A stretch of 64,000 bases of DNA from Octopus sinensis (taxonomy: Eukaryota): assembly GCF_006345805.1 (NCBI RefSeq), contig NC_042999.1, forward strand, positions 166,160,001-166,224,000, written 5' to 3'. Under the pieces are notes generated by a model. It saw only the letters and a list, made by a program, of their open reading frames with translations, was not told the DNA's origin and did not search any database. The translations under genes were made by a program, and so were the position numbers. Of the stretch, positions 1-13,885 are shown one piece after another; position 1 is the stretch's first letter; the number at the start of each line of letters is the position of its first letter.

Positions 1-132
1 CATAATGAATTTAAAACATTTATTTAAGGGCTATTAGAAAATAGAATTTGTTTTGCTTCTTCTGTATGTAAGTTCCAAGCTTACATGAAAGAAGGAGCAT
101 ATTTATCTATATTCCATTTAATATTGGTTTGA

Positions 133-335
133 AATTTTGGCACAAGGCCAGCAATTTCAAGGGAGAAGCTAAGTCAATTAGATCGTCCCCAGTGTTGAGC
201 TGGTACTTATTTTATCGATCCTGAAAGAATGAAAGGCAAAGTCAACCCTGATGACACTTGAACTCAGAACATAAAGATAGACAAAATTCTGCAAGGAATC
301 TTGCCCAGCATGCTAACGATTCTGCCAGTTCATTT
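133..335 (-). mobile_element. SINE (family A), diverged copy
   Basis: Reverse complement matches the young copies at 49476 and 50798 (GGTACTTATTTTATCGA..GAAAG.ATGAAAGGCAAAGTC..GAACTCAGAAC). Confidence 0.8.
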
Positions 336-1238
336 GCCTTATGCATTCCATTTAATATAAGAAGAAGTGCTTCCATTGCTCAGTTTCATAATTTAAAAAA
401 AAAAAACAATTAAAAGAAGAAAATTTTCTATTTGGATTCTTGAAAAAATGTACATGAGAATAAAATCTTACTTTGAAAGAATATGAAATGAAACCATTAT
501 AAGCTTTAGTTGTGATAGGTGGGACAACTTTACACTTGAGAACATTATTCTTAGTTAAGCAATTAAGATCTAGTGGGAACAATCTAGAGTTATTGAAATC
601 ATAGTTAGGGGTAGTATGGTTATTAGATGTGTATATTTTAGTTATGTTACCTGTAGCAATGTTACTTTCAAAGTTAGGTGAAGTAGAATATGGCAGTTTG
701 ATAGTGTCATTAAAGATACAATAGTATTGGTGATGGGGGAAGTATTTCTAGGAACAGAGAAGGAAAATTTCACCAGAAAGATGGAAATTTTTAAACTGTA
801 GGGAAGCATGTATCAACAAGTTACTCCTTTTTTGGTTTCCTCTACTTCTAGTCCTATCCTTCTTAGAATGGTATTGTGATATTTCAGAAAAGTCTCATGG
901 TATTAGTGTGAATGGTTTTTGAACTTTTGATTTTTTGCTGAAATATTGGATGAAATAATTTTAATTAATTGTTCTTGAGGGATACAATGAGAGAGAGAGA
1001 GAGAGAGAGAGAGATAAATAAGTAGTGTTGTCACCTTAGTAACTAAAAAGTTTTGATTATAAATGCAGGAATTTTAAGTGCAAGCCTGTCAACACAATGC
1101 AACAGAGACTTAAAAAAGACTATATTCTTTCTTCTTTTATTCTTTTACATGTTTCAGTTGTGGCCATGCACCGCCAGTATCAGGAGCACCACCATGCATA
1201 CATATATATATAATACATATAGTTATTTTTGTTGTTGT

Positions 1239-1275
<37 letters not shown>

Positions 1276-1339
1276 CAACATATAGACAATGCAACGCAGA
1301 CTTTAAAAAATGACTTTTGATTGTACATGCTTGATTAAC

Positions 1340-1790
1340 AAATATTGTTACCGGCAGCTTAGTGATAGAGACAGCCTTATATTGGATAAAATTAGGGATA
1401 TGTCTTTAACTAAATTATTAATAATACCTCTAGGGTATTATTTAAGTATATAATTATGTAATTTAAAAATTAGTTGGGTTTATGATAAAGTAATGGAGAC
1501 CATCAGAAAGGAAGGAGTAACAGCTAACAAATTAACAATAGTACTATTAGTTTTGATAATTGTTAATAAATCATAATCTTTAAAAGGATTATCTAATTTT
1601 TTGTCATATTCATCCTGTGTATTGAGAGTTAGCAATGGTGAATGTGAGGAAACCGTCTGCACAGTATAATCCATATCATTTTGATATGGTTTGGCAGATA
1701 CAGTCCAGCAAGATCTGTGACCCCTGCTTCACAGAATTCCTCAAAAGTATGGCACTTGTTAGGCTAAGTTTCGCTGATTCGTTATGAAAG
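1340..1790 (-). pseudogene. Decayed Penelope-like reverse transcriptase fragment
   Basis: Minus strand gives EAGVTDLAGLYLPNHI, resembling the PLE RT motif GAEVxDLVGLY, and PRGIINNLVKDIS, resembling the PLE thumb region. Many stops and frameshifts. Confidence 0.4.
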
Positions 1791-1899
1791 CTGTTTTATG
1801 AGTCATGCCTGTCACTTAAGTATGTGACTCTTCCATAGACAGCAATGAAATTCGCTTCCCACCCCAAAAGAAAAGAAAAACAACAAAAACAATCAAAAA

Positions 1900-2181
1900 C
1901 ATAAAACCCCTTTATTCTTCTTTCAAATTTGCATTTCAGTTTGGGCATAAGCTGAAATGAAATTATGCTGAATGACTTGTCCTCTAGTGTTTCTATGGTG
2001 TCTGGGAACAACTTAAGCGTGTGACCAAGGAGGAAGAAATAAATCTCTGACAATTCACAGGCATTTCCTCCATCTCCGAAGCACTCCCAAATGGTGTAGG
2101 GCATTCCTTCTCTGCTTGATTCTGAAATAGCTTTATGGGGTTTCCAGAACTATAGCATTCTGTCAATAGATGACATGAGAG

Positions 2182-2185
<4 letters not shown>
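1900..2185 (-). pseudogene. hAT-superfamily transposase remnant
   Basis: Joining frames gives LSLMSSIDRML*FWKPIK.FQNQAEKECP.IWECFGDGG..ELSEIYFFLLGHTLKLFPDTIETLE..LKCKFERRIK. This matches the hAT RWLSL..R.L..W..K.YF region and the following helices. Confidence 0.55.
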
Positions 2186-2247
<62 letters not shown>

Positions 2248-2794
2248 TGGGAGTGAGAACCAACGAGTTACAAGAAATTTCAATCATCAACATCCACGAA
2301 TTCACAAAATTCTTTTACATGTGTTGTCCTTTTCTTTTTCCTTTTTTTTTTTTAATTGAGATGTTGGAATGATTATACACTTTGAGCAAAATATTTTCAA
2401 CATCAAATTTCAGTTTTTCTGTAACAAATTTTGTTGCAGTGTTCAAAACTACACACGACAATTTGCAGGAGTAATGTTTTTTTTTTCATTTTTGAGTAAT
2501 TTTCAATTTTTGCTGAACACATTTGTGTGTTCCATAGTTTACACTTACGTGCGTTGTCAGAGGTGTATGCAGATGCTATTTAGATGCAGCCCTGATGTTT
2601 CTAGTTTCATTAGTAGTTGATTCACTGTTATCGCTGTAAATATCAAGGAACACACGCATGCACTTTATTTTCAAAATGAATGTATCTGAGAATTATTGGG
2701 ACAAAATACAGTGCTAGAATGTTTTTACATGGAACTTTTGTTTTGGTATTCACACTTATTATATTTTTCACAATAAATTAACCACAGTATATTT

Positions 2795-3692
2795 CTTGGT
2801 CAGCTTTTACTTCACGCTCAACACTTCATGCCACGCAGGTCTCTTAGGTGTTTTGGAAGGATAGTGAAGAGCTGAGGAATTCTGTGAAGCAGAGGTCATA
2901 GATCTTGCTGGACTATTTCTACCTAACCATATCACATTATACTACCCAGACGGTTTCCTCACCAATGCTAACCCTCAATACACAGACCCCAAACTGTTGC
3001 AGTATCTGGTCCTGTATCTTGATAGCAATCTTAGGATCTTTGGCACTATGCAGTGGCATCTTGTTCTACTGTTTGTGTAACTCTCAATGGCAAAATTTGG
3101 TACAAGCCCTTCCTCCCACCTTTATTCTAGAGTCATAACTTTTTCAGCTTCTCTGAGTAGTTGACACGTTCCAGTGAGACCATCTTTGTGCATCTTTGCT
3201 GGATTGAGTCGAGCTCTGCCATTAATTTAACCCTGTGTGGTGACCATAGTTGGGAGTAGCTAAAGCAGCTGAAGACATATACCTTGCAGAGGAACATCAT
3301 GGTTTACTATTCTTGTTCCAAAAGTTCTAAGGATCCATCTGCATTTTATTGCCAACTTACTAATATGTCCCTGGGCATCTCTTCAATGCACTGATTTTGA
3401 TTACGGGTTTGCAGTCCCTCTTGGGCCAGTGTATCCTGTCTGTGTTTCATTCAGCTTTTTGTGTGTGTAGTGCAGGGCTTGGAATTTTCCAGCATTCAAT
3501 TCCATGTTATTGTCTTCAGCCCATCAATACATTACAGTCAACTTCTGTTGCAGGTGTGCAATATCTCCAGGGTTCTGTATCCTCTGAGACTTTAGCATTT
3601 TCTGCATAGCTAGCAAAGGTGGCCCTCCGAATAGAAGAGGTCATGTCTGAGAGAGCCACTATGAATAACAGTGACCCTAACAGTGCCCTGTG
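2795..3692 (-). mobile_element. Old CR1/L2-group LINE 3' RT fragment
   Basis: Colinear nucleotide similarity to 22800-23660 (e.g. TTGCAGTATCTGG, TGTGGTGACCA.AGTTGGGAG, GCATAGCTAGCA, GGCCACTATGAA). SYAENAKV is the decayed SYADDTK. Carries a roughly 110-bp insert at 2873-2986. Confidence 0.8.
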
Positions 3693-3743
3693 GACACACA
3701 CACATGTATGTGTGTGTGTAAGTATGTACATGTCCGATTTAAT

Positions 3744-3995
3744 GTTCTGAGTTCAAATTCTGCCAAAATCAAATTTGCCTTTCAACCTTTCAGGGTCAAT
3801 AAAAAATGTACTAGCTGAACACTGGCGTCAATATAATTGACTTACCTCTCCCCTGGAACTGCTGGCCTTGTGCAAAATTTGAAACCAGGTTGACTTTGCC
3901 TTTCATCCTTTCAGGTTCAATGCAATAAGTATCAGTGAAACACTGGGGTCGATGTTATCGACTATACTCCTCCATCAAATTCAGGACTTGTGCTT
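3744..3995 (+). mobile_element. Two tandem SINE family A fragments
   Basis: TTCTGAGTTCAAATTCTGCC..TTTGCCTTTCA.CCTTTC core occurs twice. Confidence 0.7.
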
Positions 3996-4015
3996 TTATT
4001 GTTGTTGTTGTTGTT

Positions 4016-4557
4016 GAGTGAGAGAGCAGTGCACGCCATCAAAGTGACACTGGGGTAAAATATACAAAGCCCAGTATATTTATCATGACTACCCACTTGA
4101 TAAAGGCACACTAGGCACATGCATCACAACCATATGTGCATGACATTGTGATTTCAGATCAAGATAAACAGCACATGACGTTCCAGGTGGGGCACAGTTA
4201 GAATTTTTCTTCAGGTTGAGTAGCCCAACCTGCTCAAAAGGCCTTTGAATAAGGGTTGTTTAAGGATGTTGAACAAAACACCCATGTTTCCAGAGATGAA
4301 TAATTCAATCCCCACAGAATTCCTCTTAACACATGGCTATGATGCTTCCTCACTACTTCTGCTCGTGATCGGAGATGCACCAAGGGACATGCTCAATTGG
4401 TTAAGGTCAAACAACTGACAAGCAAATCTGTTTTATTGAGGTGAATATTTGCTGTGAAACCCATCTTTTATACCAAGACAAAACAACGTCCATGATAACA
4501 CTTCCAATCAGTTAAGGTCAGAAGCCATGAGAACCAGCGCCTAGTATTGCACAGGGG
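4016..4557 (-). repeat. Interspersed repeat ending in (AAC)n
   Basis: 4325-4557 is the reverse complement of 43990-44270. Bounded by a trinucleotide microsatellite. Confidence 0.7.
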
Positions 4558-4579
4558 CTATCATTATGGCAAGGGTGGA

Positions 4580-4799
4580 TGGTACCCCTTTAAGTGTAGA
4601 CCTGTGAGTTAGGGAGAAGGAATTGAATAGGGCACCTGCTCTTGGTGTTGAGGGAAATCTTGGACAGTGGGGTTCCTCGATTGTCCCTAGAAGTCATCCT
4701 GTATCAGGAGGACTGCATCTCGATCATTTCATTATATGTAAACCCCTCACTTTGTCTTTCTATTGTTCCCCTCATCCATCGCCCTGGTGGCAAATAAAT

Positions 4800-4830
<31 letters not shown>
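4580..4830 (+). mobile_element. Possible retroelement 3' end
   Basis: AAATAAATAAA followed directly by an (ATC)n tail. No coding part recognised. Confidence 0.3.
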
Positions 4831-4831
<1 letters not shown>

Positions 4832-4957
4832 TGTTGTTGTTGTTCTCGCTGTTGTTATTATTTTATGAAATGATAAAAAGAAACACCTATTTTATCCAAT
4901 TAATCCTTTCCAGTATTGTTTGCAATTAGAAATCATCCATAAAACTAAATATTTAGC

Positions 4958-7900
4958 CCCACCACCACCACCACCACCACCACCACCACCACCACCACCA
5001 CCACCACCATCACCACCACCATCACCACCACCACCAATAATACCACCATCACCACCACCACCCCACCACATCACCAACCCACCACCACCACCATCACCAC
5101 CACCACCACTAACCACCACCACCCACCACCACCACCACATCACCCACCACCACCACCACCACCACCATCACCCACCACCACTACCACCACCATCTCACCA
5201 CCACCACTACCACTACCACCATCACCACCACCACCAACACATCACCACCACCACCACTAACCACACCACCCACCACCACCACCACATCACCATGACCACC
5301 ACCACCAACACCACCACCACCATCACCACCACCACCACCACACCCCCAACAATCACCAACCACCACCACCACCATCAACCACCCCCCCACCACCACCACA
5401 ATCACCACCACACCACCACCAGCACCACCACCCACCACCACCACCACCACCACTACCCACCACGACCACCACCACCACCATCACCCCACCACCACCACCC
5501 CCCTACCACACCACTACCACCATCACCACACCACCACCACAACCACCCACAAAAAAATCACCACCACCACCACCACCACCATCACCACCACCACCACCAC
5601 CATCACCACCACCACCCCATCACCCCACCACCACCACCACCAACCACCACCACCACACCATCACCACTACCACCATCACCACCACCACCACCATCACCAC
5701 CACCACTGCCACCACCACCACTACCACCACCACCACCACCACACCACCACCACCACCATCACTCCACACCACCACCACCACCACACCACCACCACCACCA
5801 CCACTACCACCACCACCACTACCAACATCACAACCACTACCAACCTCACACACCACCACCACCACCATCACCATCACCACTACCACCATCACCACCACCA
5901 CCACCATCACCACCACCACCATCACCATCACCACCACCACCACCACCACTACCACAATCAACCACCACCACCACCACTACCACCATCACCACCCACCACC
6001 ACCACCACCACCCCACCACCACCACCACCACCACCACTACCACCATCCCACCACCACCACCACCACCACCACCACACCTTACCACCACCACCACCACCAC
6101 TACCACCATCACCACCACCACCACCACCACCACCACCACCACCACTACCACCATCACCACCACCATCACCACCACCACCACCACCACCACCATCACCACC
6201 ACCCACCATCACCACCACACCACCACCATCCCACCACCACCACTACCACCATCACTACCCACCACCACCACCACCACACCACCCACCACCACCACCACTA
6301 ACCAACACCATCAACCACCACTAACCACCACCACCACCACCATCCACCACCACCACCACCACCACCCTACCACCATCAACCACCACACCACCATCACCAC
6401 CACCACCACTACCACCACCCCCACCACCACCACCACCACCACCACCACCTCCACCACCTTAACCACCACCACCACCACCTAAAACCACACCACCACTACC
6501 ACCATCACCACCACCACCACCATCAACCACCAAACCCCCATCACCACCACCACCACACCACACCACCACCACCACCACCACCACCACCACCATCACCACC
6601 ACCCCCAACCACCACCACCACCATCACCACCACCACCACTACCACCATCACCACCACTACCACCACCACCACCATCCAACCAACCCACCACCACCACCAC
6701 CCACCACCACCACCACCACAACCACCACCATCACCACCAACCACCATCACACCACCACCAACCATCCACCACCACCACCACTACCACCATCACCACCCCT
6801 ACCCCACCACCCACCACCACCACCATCACCATAACCACCACACCACCACTACCACCATCACCACCCTACCACCATCACCACCACCACCCACCACCACCAC
6901 CACCACCACCATCACCACCCCACTACCACCACCACCATCAACCACCACCATCACCACCACCAACCACCACCACCATCACCACCACCACCCCACCACCACC
7001 CCACCACCACCAACCACCCAATCCCAACCACCCACCACCCATCACACCACCACCACCACCACCACCACCCTACCACCACCACTACCACCAAACCACCACC
7101 AACACAACCACCACATAACCACCACCACCATCACCACCACCACCACTACCACCACACCACCACCACCCATCCCACCACCACCCACCACCACCCTACCACC
7201 ACCACCACCACCACCACCACCATCACCACCCACTACCACCACCACCACCAACCACCACCACTACCCCCAAACCACCACCATCACCACCACCACCATCACC
7301 ACCACCACCACCACCATCACCACACACCATCACCACCCCACCACCACCACCATACCACCATCACCACCACCATCACCACCCACCACTACCCACCATCAAC
7401 CATCACCACCACCACCACCACCATCACCACCACCACCACCATCAAACCCCCACCACCACCACTACCACCACCCACCACCACCACTACCACCACCACCACC
7501 ACCACCACCATTACCACCACCACCACTACCATAACCACCACCAACCACCACCACCATCACCACCAACAACCACCACCACCAACCACCATCACCACCCACC
7601 ACCACCACCACCACCACCAACCACCACCACTACCACCTACCACCACACCACCCCACCACTACCACCACCACCACTACCACACCACCACCCACCACCACTA
7701 CCACCACCCACCACCACCACACCACTACCACCATCAACCACTACCACACCACCACTACCACCATCACCACCACCACCACCACCACCACTACCACCACTAC
7801 CACCACCACCACCACCACCACCACCACACCACCACCACCACCACCACCACCACTACCACCACCACCAACCACCACCACTACCACACCACTACCACCATCA

Positions 7901-9732
7901 CCACTACCACCACCACCCTACCACCATCACCACCACACACCAACCTCAACCATCACCACTTCCACCACCACCATACCACCACTACCACCATCACCACCAC
8001 CACCACTACCACCACTACCACCACCACCACCACCACCACCACCACCACCACATACCACCATCACCACTACCACCCTCACCACCACCATCACTACCACCAT
8101 CACCACCACCACCACCACCACCACCACCACCATCCACCACACCACCACCACTACCACCACCACCACCACCCCACCACCACAACCACCACCATAACCACCA
8201 CCACCATCACCACCACCACCACTACCACCACCACCACCACTACCACTACACATCACCACCACCCCACCACCACCACCCACACACCACCCACCACCACATC
8301 ACCACACTACCACCACCCCCCCACCACCACCACCACTAACCACCCACCAACCACACCACCACACCATCACCACCACCACCATCAACACCACCACCACCAC
8401 CATCACCACCACCATCACCACCACTACCACCATACCACCATCACCACCACCATCACCACCACCACTACCACACTACCACCATCACCACCACCACCACCAT
8501 CACCACCACCACCACCATCACCCAACCCCAGCCACCACACTACCCACCACCACCACCACCACTACCACCACCACCACCACCACCACCATTACCACCACCA
8601 CCACCAACTACCACCAACCACCACCACCACCATCAACCACCACGAACAACCACTACACCCCACCCCATCACCACCACCACCACCACCACCACCATCCACC
8701 CAAAACTACCACCACACCACCACCACCACCCACCCACCACTACCACCATCACCACCACCACCACTACCACCACCACCACCCACCACCACCACTACCACCA
8801 TCACCACTACCACACCACCAACTACCACCATCAACCACCACCACCACCACCACCACTACCACCACTACCACCACCACCACCACTACCACCACCACACACC
8901 ACCACCACCACCACCACCACCACCACCACTACCACCACCCACCACCACCACCATACTACCACCACCCACCACCACCATAACCACACCACCACCACACCAC
9001 CACCACCCACCCAACCACACCACCACCACTACCACCATACCACCACTTCCACCACCACCACTACCACCACTACCACATCAACCACCACCACCACTACCAC
9101 CACTACCACCACACCACCACCACCACCTCACCACCACTACCACCATCACCACTACACCATCACACCACCATCACTACCACCACCACCACTACCACCACCA
9201 CCAACCACCACCACCATCACCACCATCACCACCACCACTACCACCACCACCACCACCACCACTACCACCATCACCACTTCCACCACCACCACTACCACCA
9301 CCATCACCACTACCACCATCACCACCACCACCACTACCACCACACCACCACCACCACTACCACCACCACCAACCACCACCACCACCACCACCACGACTAC
9401 CACCACCATCACCACTACCACCATCACACCACCACCACTACCACCATCCCCACTACCACCACACCACCACCACCACCACCATCCACCACCATCACCACCC
9501 ATCACCACCCACCACTACCACCACCCACCACTACCACCATCACCACTACCCACCATCACCACCATCACCACCACCACTACCACCATCACCACCATCACCA
9601 CCACCACCACCACCACCACTACCACCATCACCACCACCACCACCACCACCACCACTACCACCATCACCACTACCACCATCACCACCAACCACCACCACCA
9701 TCACCACCACCACCACCACCACACTCACACCC
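4958..9732. repeat. About 4.8-kb (CCA)n microsatellite array with CTA/TCA variant units
   Basis: Directly visible. The plus strand is almost G-free. ORF 4920-6482 and all G/V/W-rich minus ORFs are translations of the repeat. Confidence 0.98.
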
Positions 9733-10280
9733 ATGGATTCTGCATGAATAGGCACTATTAATACATTGTATTTATGCCAGACACCTTCTCTTGTTGTATA
9801 ACTATTATTGTCTGAATCGTAAATATCTTCCTGAACAAGAACTCAAATTGTAAATAGTTAGTGGATATTTTCTGTAATTACTCAGAGGAAATGGTTGCTA
9901 GAAATCTAAGAAAGGATGGAAGCGGAAGAAGAAGGAGAAGCTATGAGCGGAAAAGAAACAAATTGATAAAGTACAATCTTTTGATTGCATCCATCAGTTT
10001 ATAAATGTATATTGCTAAATCTATAACATATTTATATTTATAAATACACACCCATAGACACACTAATTCTGCCTGCCTCCCTGCCTCCCTCCCTCCATCC
10101 ATCGATCGATCGGAATTTGTTGTCAAATGAATCGACTCCAGTACCTATTTTTGTAAAGCCTGAGGTTTAGTCTATCGGTCTTTTTTCCGAAACCGCTAGC
10201 TAACGGGAACATAAACACTCCAACACCGGTTGTCAATTGGTGGTGGGTGAGCACAAACACACACCACACACACATATAGA

Positions 10281-10780
10281 GAGTGTGTAGGACAAAAGCC
10301 ATTCGGATAAAACCCCCAATGGTTAAAGTGTGAAAGGGAACAGAACTTCCTTGGTTATATTCTTGGTTTTCTTTTTTTTTTTTCGTTTTTTGCTCCCCTT
10401 TTATTTGTTTCGGTCATTAGACTGCAGCCATGTTGGGACCCCGCTTTGAAGAATTTTGAGTCGAGTGTATCGATGCCAGAACCACCCCCTCTTTTTATTT
10501 GTTGCAGGAATCAGACTGCAGCCTTGCTAGGACACCACCTTCAAGAATTTTTAGAACCTAGAATCTTTTTTTTAAAGCCTGGTTAAAACGACCTCTGTGA
10601 TATATTTCGTTTTTTTTTTTAATTAATTCATTAGATTGTGGCACTGCCTTGAAGAATTTTTAGTCGAATATATCGATCCCAGATCTCTTTTAGGTGATTT
10701 TCAACCAGCGCATGAAGGTAAGCCTAGAAGGTCTCTCCACATGCTAGAAATAACTGCCAAATCTCTTGAATTTTTTTTAA
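10281..10780 (+). repeat. Left arm of imperfect long inverted repeat (partner 15105-15647)
   Basis: GAGTGT..GACAAAAGCC terminus, three SINE-tail units (GACTGCAGCCATG..TTGAAGAATTT), then GATTTTCAACCAGCGCATGAAG..AAATCTCTTGAA. All are mirrored at 15105-15647. Confidence 0.8.
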
Positions 10781-11269
10781 TAATTTCACGTAAACAAAAA
10801 CGGAAATCGCGATTGTAAAGAAAACTTTTATTTTCCAAAATTCTAATTTTTAAATAAACAAAAATACATTCAATCGTAAATTGAACAGTCAAGCAAGCGG
10901 TCATTTGGAAATAAGAAATAAGACACTAAGAAACTAATCCCCATTAGTGTTGTCTGTTTAAAAAATGTTTCCGTCATGACTTCAGTGATACTAAAATTTC
11001 TATAAGCAATTTCTAATGCCTTGTTACTTTACACATGTGTATGTGTGTGCGTATCTTTCTGTGTGTCTTGGTGCCTGTGTTTGTCCCCCACCAACACTTG
11101 GAAGCCGGTATTAATGTTTAGGTCTTATGCCGAACCACTAGATTAAGGGGACGGAAACGCACCAACATCTGTATTTGTGTGTCTGTGTTTGTCCTCACAC
11201 CATCGCTTGGAACCGATTTTGGTCTGTTTACGTCCCTGTAATCTAGTGGTTTATGTGTGTGTGTGTGTG

Positions 11270-12143
11270 TGGAAGGTTGAAAAGTAACACGAGTTGATAT
11301 GTATAAGGAAAATAAGACAAGGTAGAAAATGCTAAAATAATTTTATCATAAAATACATTTTATAAAGGTTTTCGACTTTTTCATCTAAGAGGTAAAACAA
11401 GAAAGCGATATGGAAGAGATATCTAGATGACTGCTTCATTCTATGGCATGATAGTATAGAGAGACTTAAAGAATTTCAGGCACTTCTAAATGGACTTGGC
11501 ATAAACATTCAATTTACGATGGAATATAGCCATCAACAACTTTCATTCTTCAACAAATTCATTAAGAAATCCAACGGCAAAATAGAAACAGATATATACT
11601 ATAAGCCCACGGACTCCAAGCAATATCTACCATTCAATTCATGCCAACCCAGACACACTAGAATGAATATCCCCTTCAATCTAGCAAAAAGGATTTGCAC
11701 TATAGTATTTGATACAAGCACCAGGGACACACGGCTACATGAGCTAAAGGATACGCTCACCGGCAGGAACTACCCACCATCACTGACTGATATAGGTTTA
11801 CAACGTGCCTTACAACTCAACATCCACGAACTCAGACATCCCAAACCAAAGAATGAATTGCGACCAAAAGCCTTACCACAACTCCCTAAACAATGAGGCC
11901 TTCGACACTATCTTCCAGAACATTCCTTTATTAAAAAGGGACCACAGAATGAATAAAAAATCCTCCAAACGCACACCATCATAAAGAGCCAAAGACACTC
12001 CAAGTCAATGAAAAGCCTTCCAACACAAGTCCAAGTGAAGAACATCAAAACCAACAGTAAAAAACAAAATGCAGAAGATCTAACTGTGGCATATGCGTTA
12101 ACCTAATTGAGGTATCGGAGTTTTCATTCAAAGAGGGTCAACG
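11270..12143 (+). mobile_element. Penelope-like element fragment (RT C-terminus and linker), with probable inverted tail at 11270-11395
   Basis: The frame open from about 11396 gives IWKRYLDDCFILW (YxDD) in frame with ORF 11519 (IETDIYYKPTDSKQYL). It then gives a KCRRSNCGIC Cys motif, which precedes GIY-YIG in PLEs. The endonuclease itself is absent. Confidence 0.9.
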
Positions 12144-12204
12144 TATAGCTTTATTAAGCTATACGCAAACAAACTAGTAGAGAGAGAATATATTTATCAA
12201 AAGT

Positions 12205-12996
12205 TGCATCTTTTCCTTTTGAACGGCAGTTTTCAACACAATTTCTAGTTAACTAAACACTTTTAAACTTCGTATACTGGTAGAATGTGTCTAAATAAAA
12301 CATTTTTTTCTCTTGGCTTTCTTGAGAAAATTGTAATTTGTAAGTTTAACGTAGTTTAATTTTTCGAATTTTAACCAATCAATGGCCTCTATTGAGCTAA
12401 AATCATTTGCTGGTCTAAAACTGAAACAACATCCTGTCACTAACCCTAACCCTAAATTTTAGCCTTTCGTTGTTTTTTTTGTTACGCGTGTGTCAAAAAT
12501 TATTCGTTTTGTTTTTGTTTTGAGTTTTTGCTTTCGTTTTTTTCTTAATTGTTAAATTAAAATTATTTTCCATTACTTTCGTTTTTTTAATTGTTATCCT
12601 TAAGTTAATTTAACAATTAAGAAAAAAAAAAACGAAAGTCTAAAACGAAAGCAAAAACTCAAAACAAAAACAACACGAATAATTTTAGACACGCGTAACA
12701 ATTAAATTAATTTAACAATTAAGAAAAAAAACAAAAAAAAAACGAAAGGCTAACAGTTAGGGTTAGGCTTAGTGACAGGATGTTGTTTCAGTTTTAGACG
12801 CAGCAAATGATTTTAGCTCAATAGAGGCCATTGATTGGTTAAAATTCGAAAAATTAAACTACGTTAAACTTACAAATTACAATTTTCTCAAGAAAGCCAA
12901 GAGAAAAAAATGTTTTATTTAGACACATTCTACCAGTATACGAAGTTTAAAAGTGTTTAGTTAACTAGAAACTGCCGTTCAAAAGGAAAAGGTCCC
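12205..12996. mobile_element. Foldback/MITE with about 350-bp terminal inverted repeats
   Basis: Left arm ATCTTTTCCTTTTGAACGGCAG.. and right arm ..CTGCCGTTCAAAAGGAAAAGGTCCC are near-perfect reverse complements. A second partial copy lies at 61256-61424. Confidence 0.9.
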
Positions 12997-12999
12997 AAT

Positions 13000-13885
13000 A
13001 GTTTATTACTTTACGTACATCAGGGCTTAAGTCGCCAGTTATTTCTATTTAGTTCATTCAGATTCGTTTAACAATTACTGTTAACATTCTTTTGTTTTTC
13101 TTCTCCTACCGGAAGTCCTTTTCCCTGCTGACCAGCTCCCTAGCTAGCAAGCAGCGAAGTTCCTGTCTACAGTTCGTCTGTCATGAATTCTGCCCTACAT
13201 AGTCCCCCCACCCTCAGAACTTTTGACTGCCATTGGAGACGAGAAGGAATTTTAATTTTCATACCCATGCGTGCAGTTACTCGATTCTTTGGTGACTGTT
13301 CCTTGCCAAGGGTTGGTGTGATCTGTCTAGGGTGGCACATGTTTGGTGGCTGCGCTACCTGAACGGGGCTGTCCAGATCGAGATGGGCCGGTTTCAGTCT
13401 ATTAATGGAGACTTTGTCTTGTCGTCCGCAATTAGGAGTTGGAATGTTTTATCTCCCGGATGTATGACTTGATATGGATCATCGTAGGGTGACTGGAGGG
13501 GTTTTCGTCGTGTGCCATGTCGAACGAACGCAATGTTAGCTGTGCGGGGGTCATTTGGTACGGACGATCTGGGTGTACCATGTGTCGACATGGCAACAGG
13601 GCGCAACTGGGCCTCAGGCCAACGAGTATAGCGGTCTACCAAAGTCAGTAGATACGAGCAACCCTGAGAAGATGGTAGGGGGACGACATATCTCCAAAAT
13701 TCCAATATTTTAGAAAACAAAATATATTCAATAGAAAATAAACAAGTAGAATAGAATAACAGAACGCAAGACTCTTCACTACTCAATGTACATATTGTCC
13801 GAATTCTAGCAAAAAGGAAAGCAATGCGTAGAAACATAAAAACAAAAAAGTACGTTTGAATGATTAGCCTTTGGCGCCACAATTC
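13000..13885 (-). mobile_element. Internally deleted Ty3/gypsy remnant (integrase pieces, PPT, LTR start)
   Basis: ORF 13394-13882 has VVPLPSSQGCSYLLTLVDRYTRWPEA (integrase core start) joined to RKPLQSPYDDPYQVI (GPY/F domain). PPT GAGGGTGGGGGGA is followed by TGTAGGG at 13199. PBS-like TGGCGCC near 13878. Confidence 0.8.

Noticed and set aside
4920-6482. 520-aa Pro/His/Thr-rich ORF
   Set aside because: It is the translation of the (CCA)n array. Frame switches follow indels, and there is no unique coding sequence.
11355-11400. Possible hammerhead in the inverted tail before the Penelope ORF (minus: TTAGATGA..GTCGAAAA)
   Set aside because: The core is corrupted and helices I-III could not be paired. 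At most a decayed remnant.
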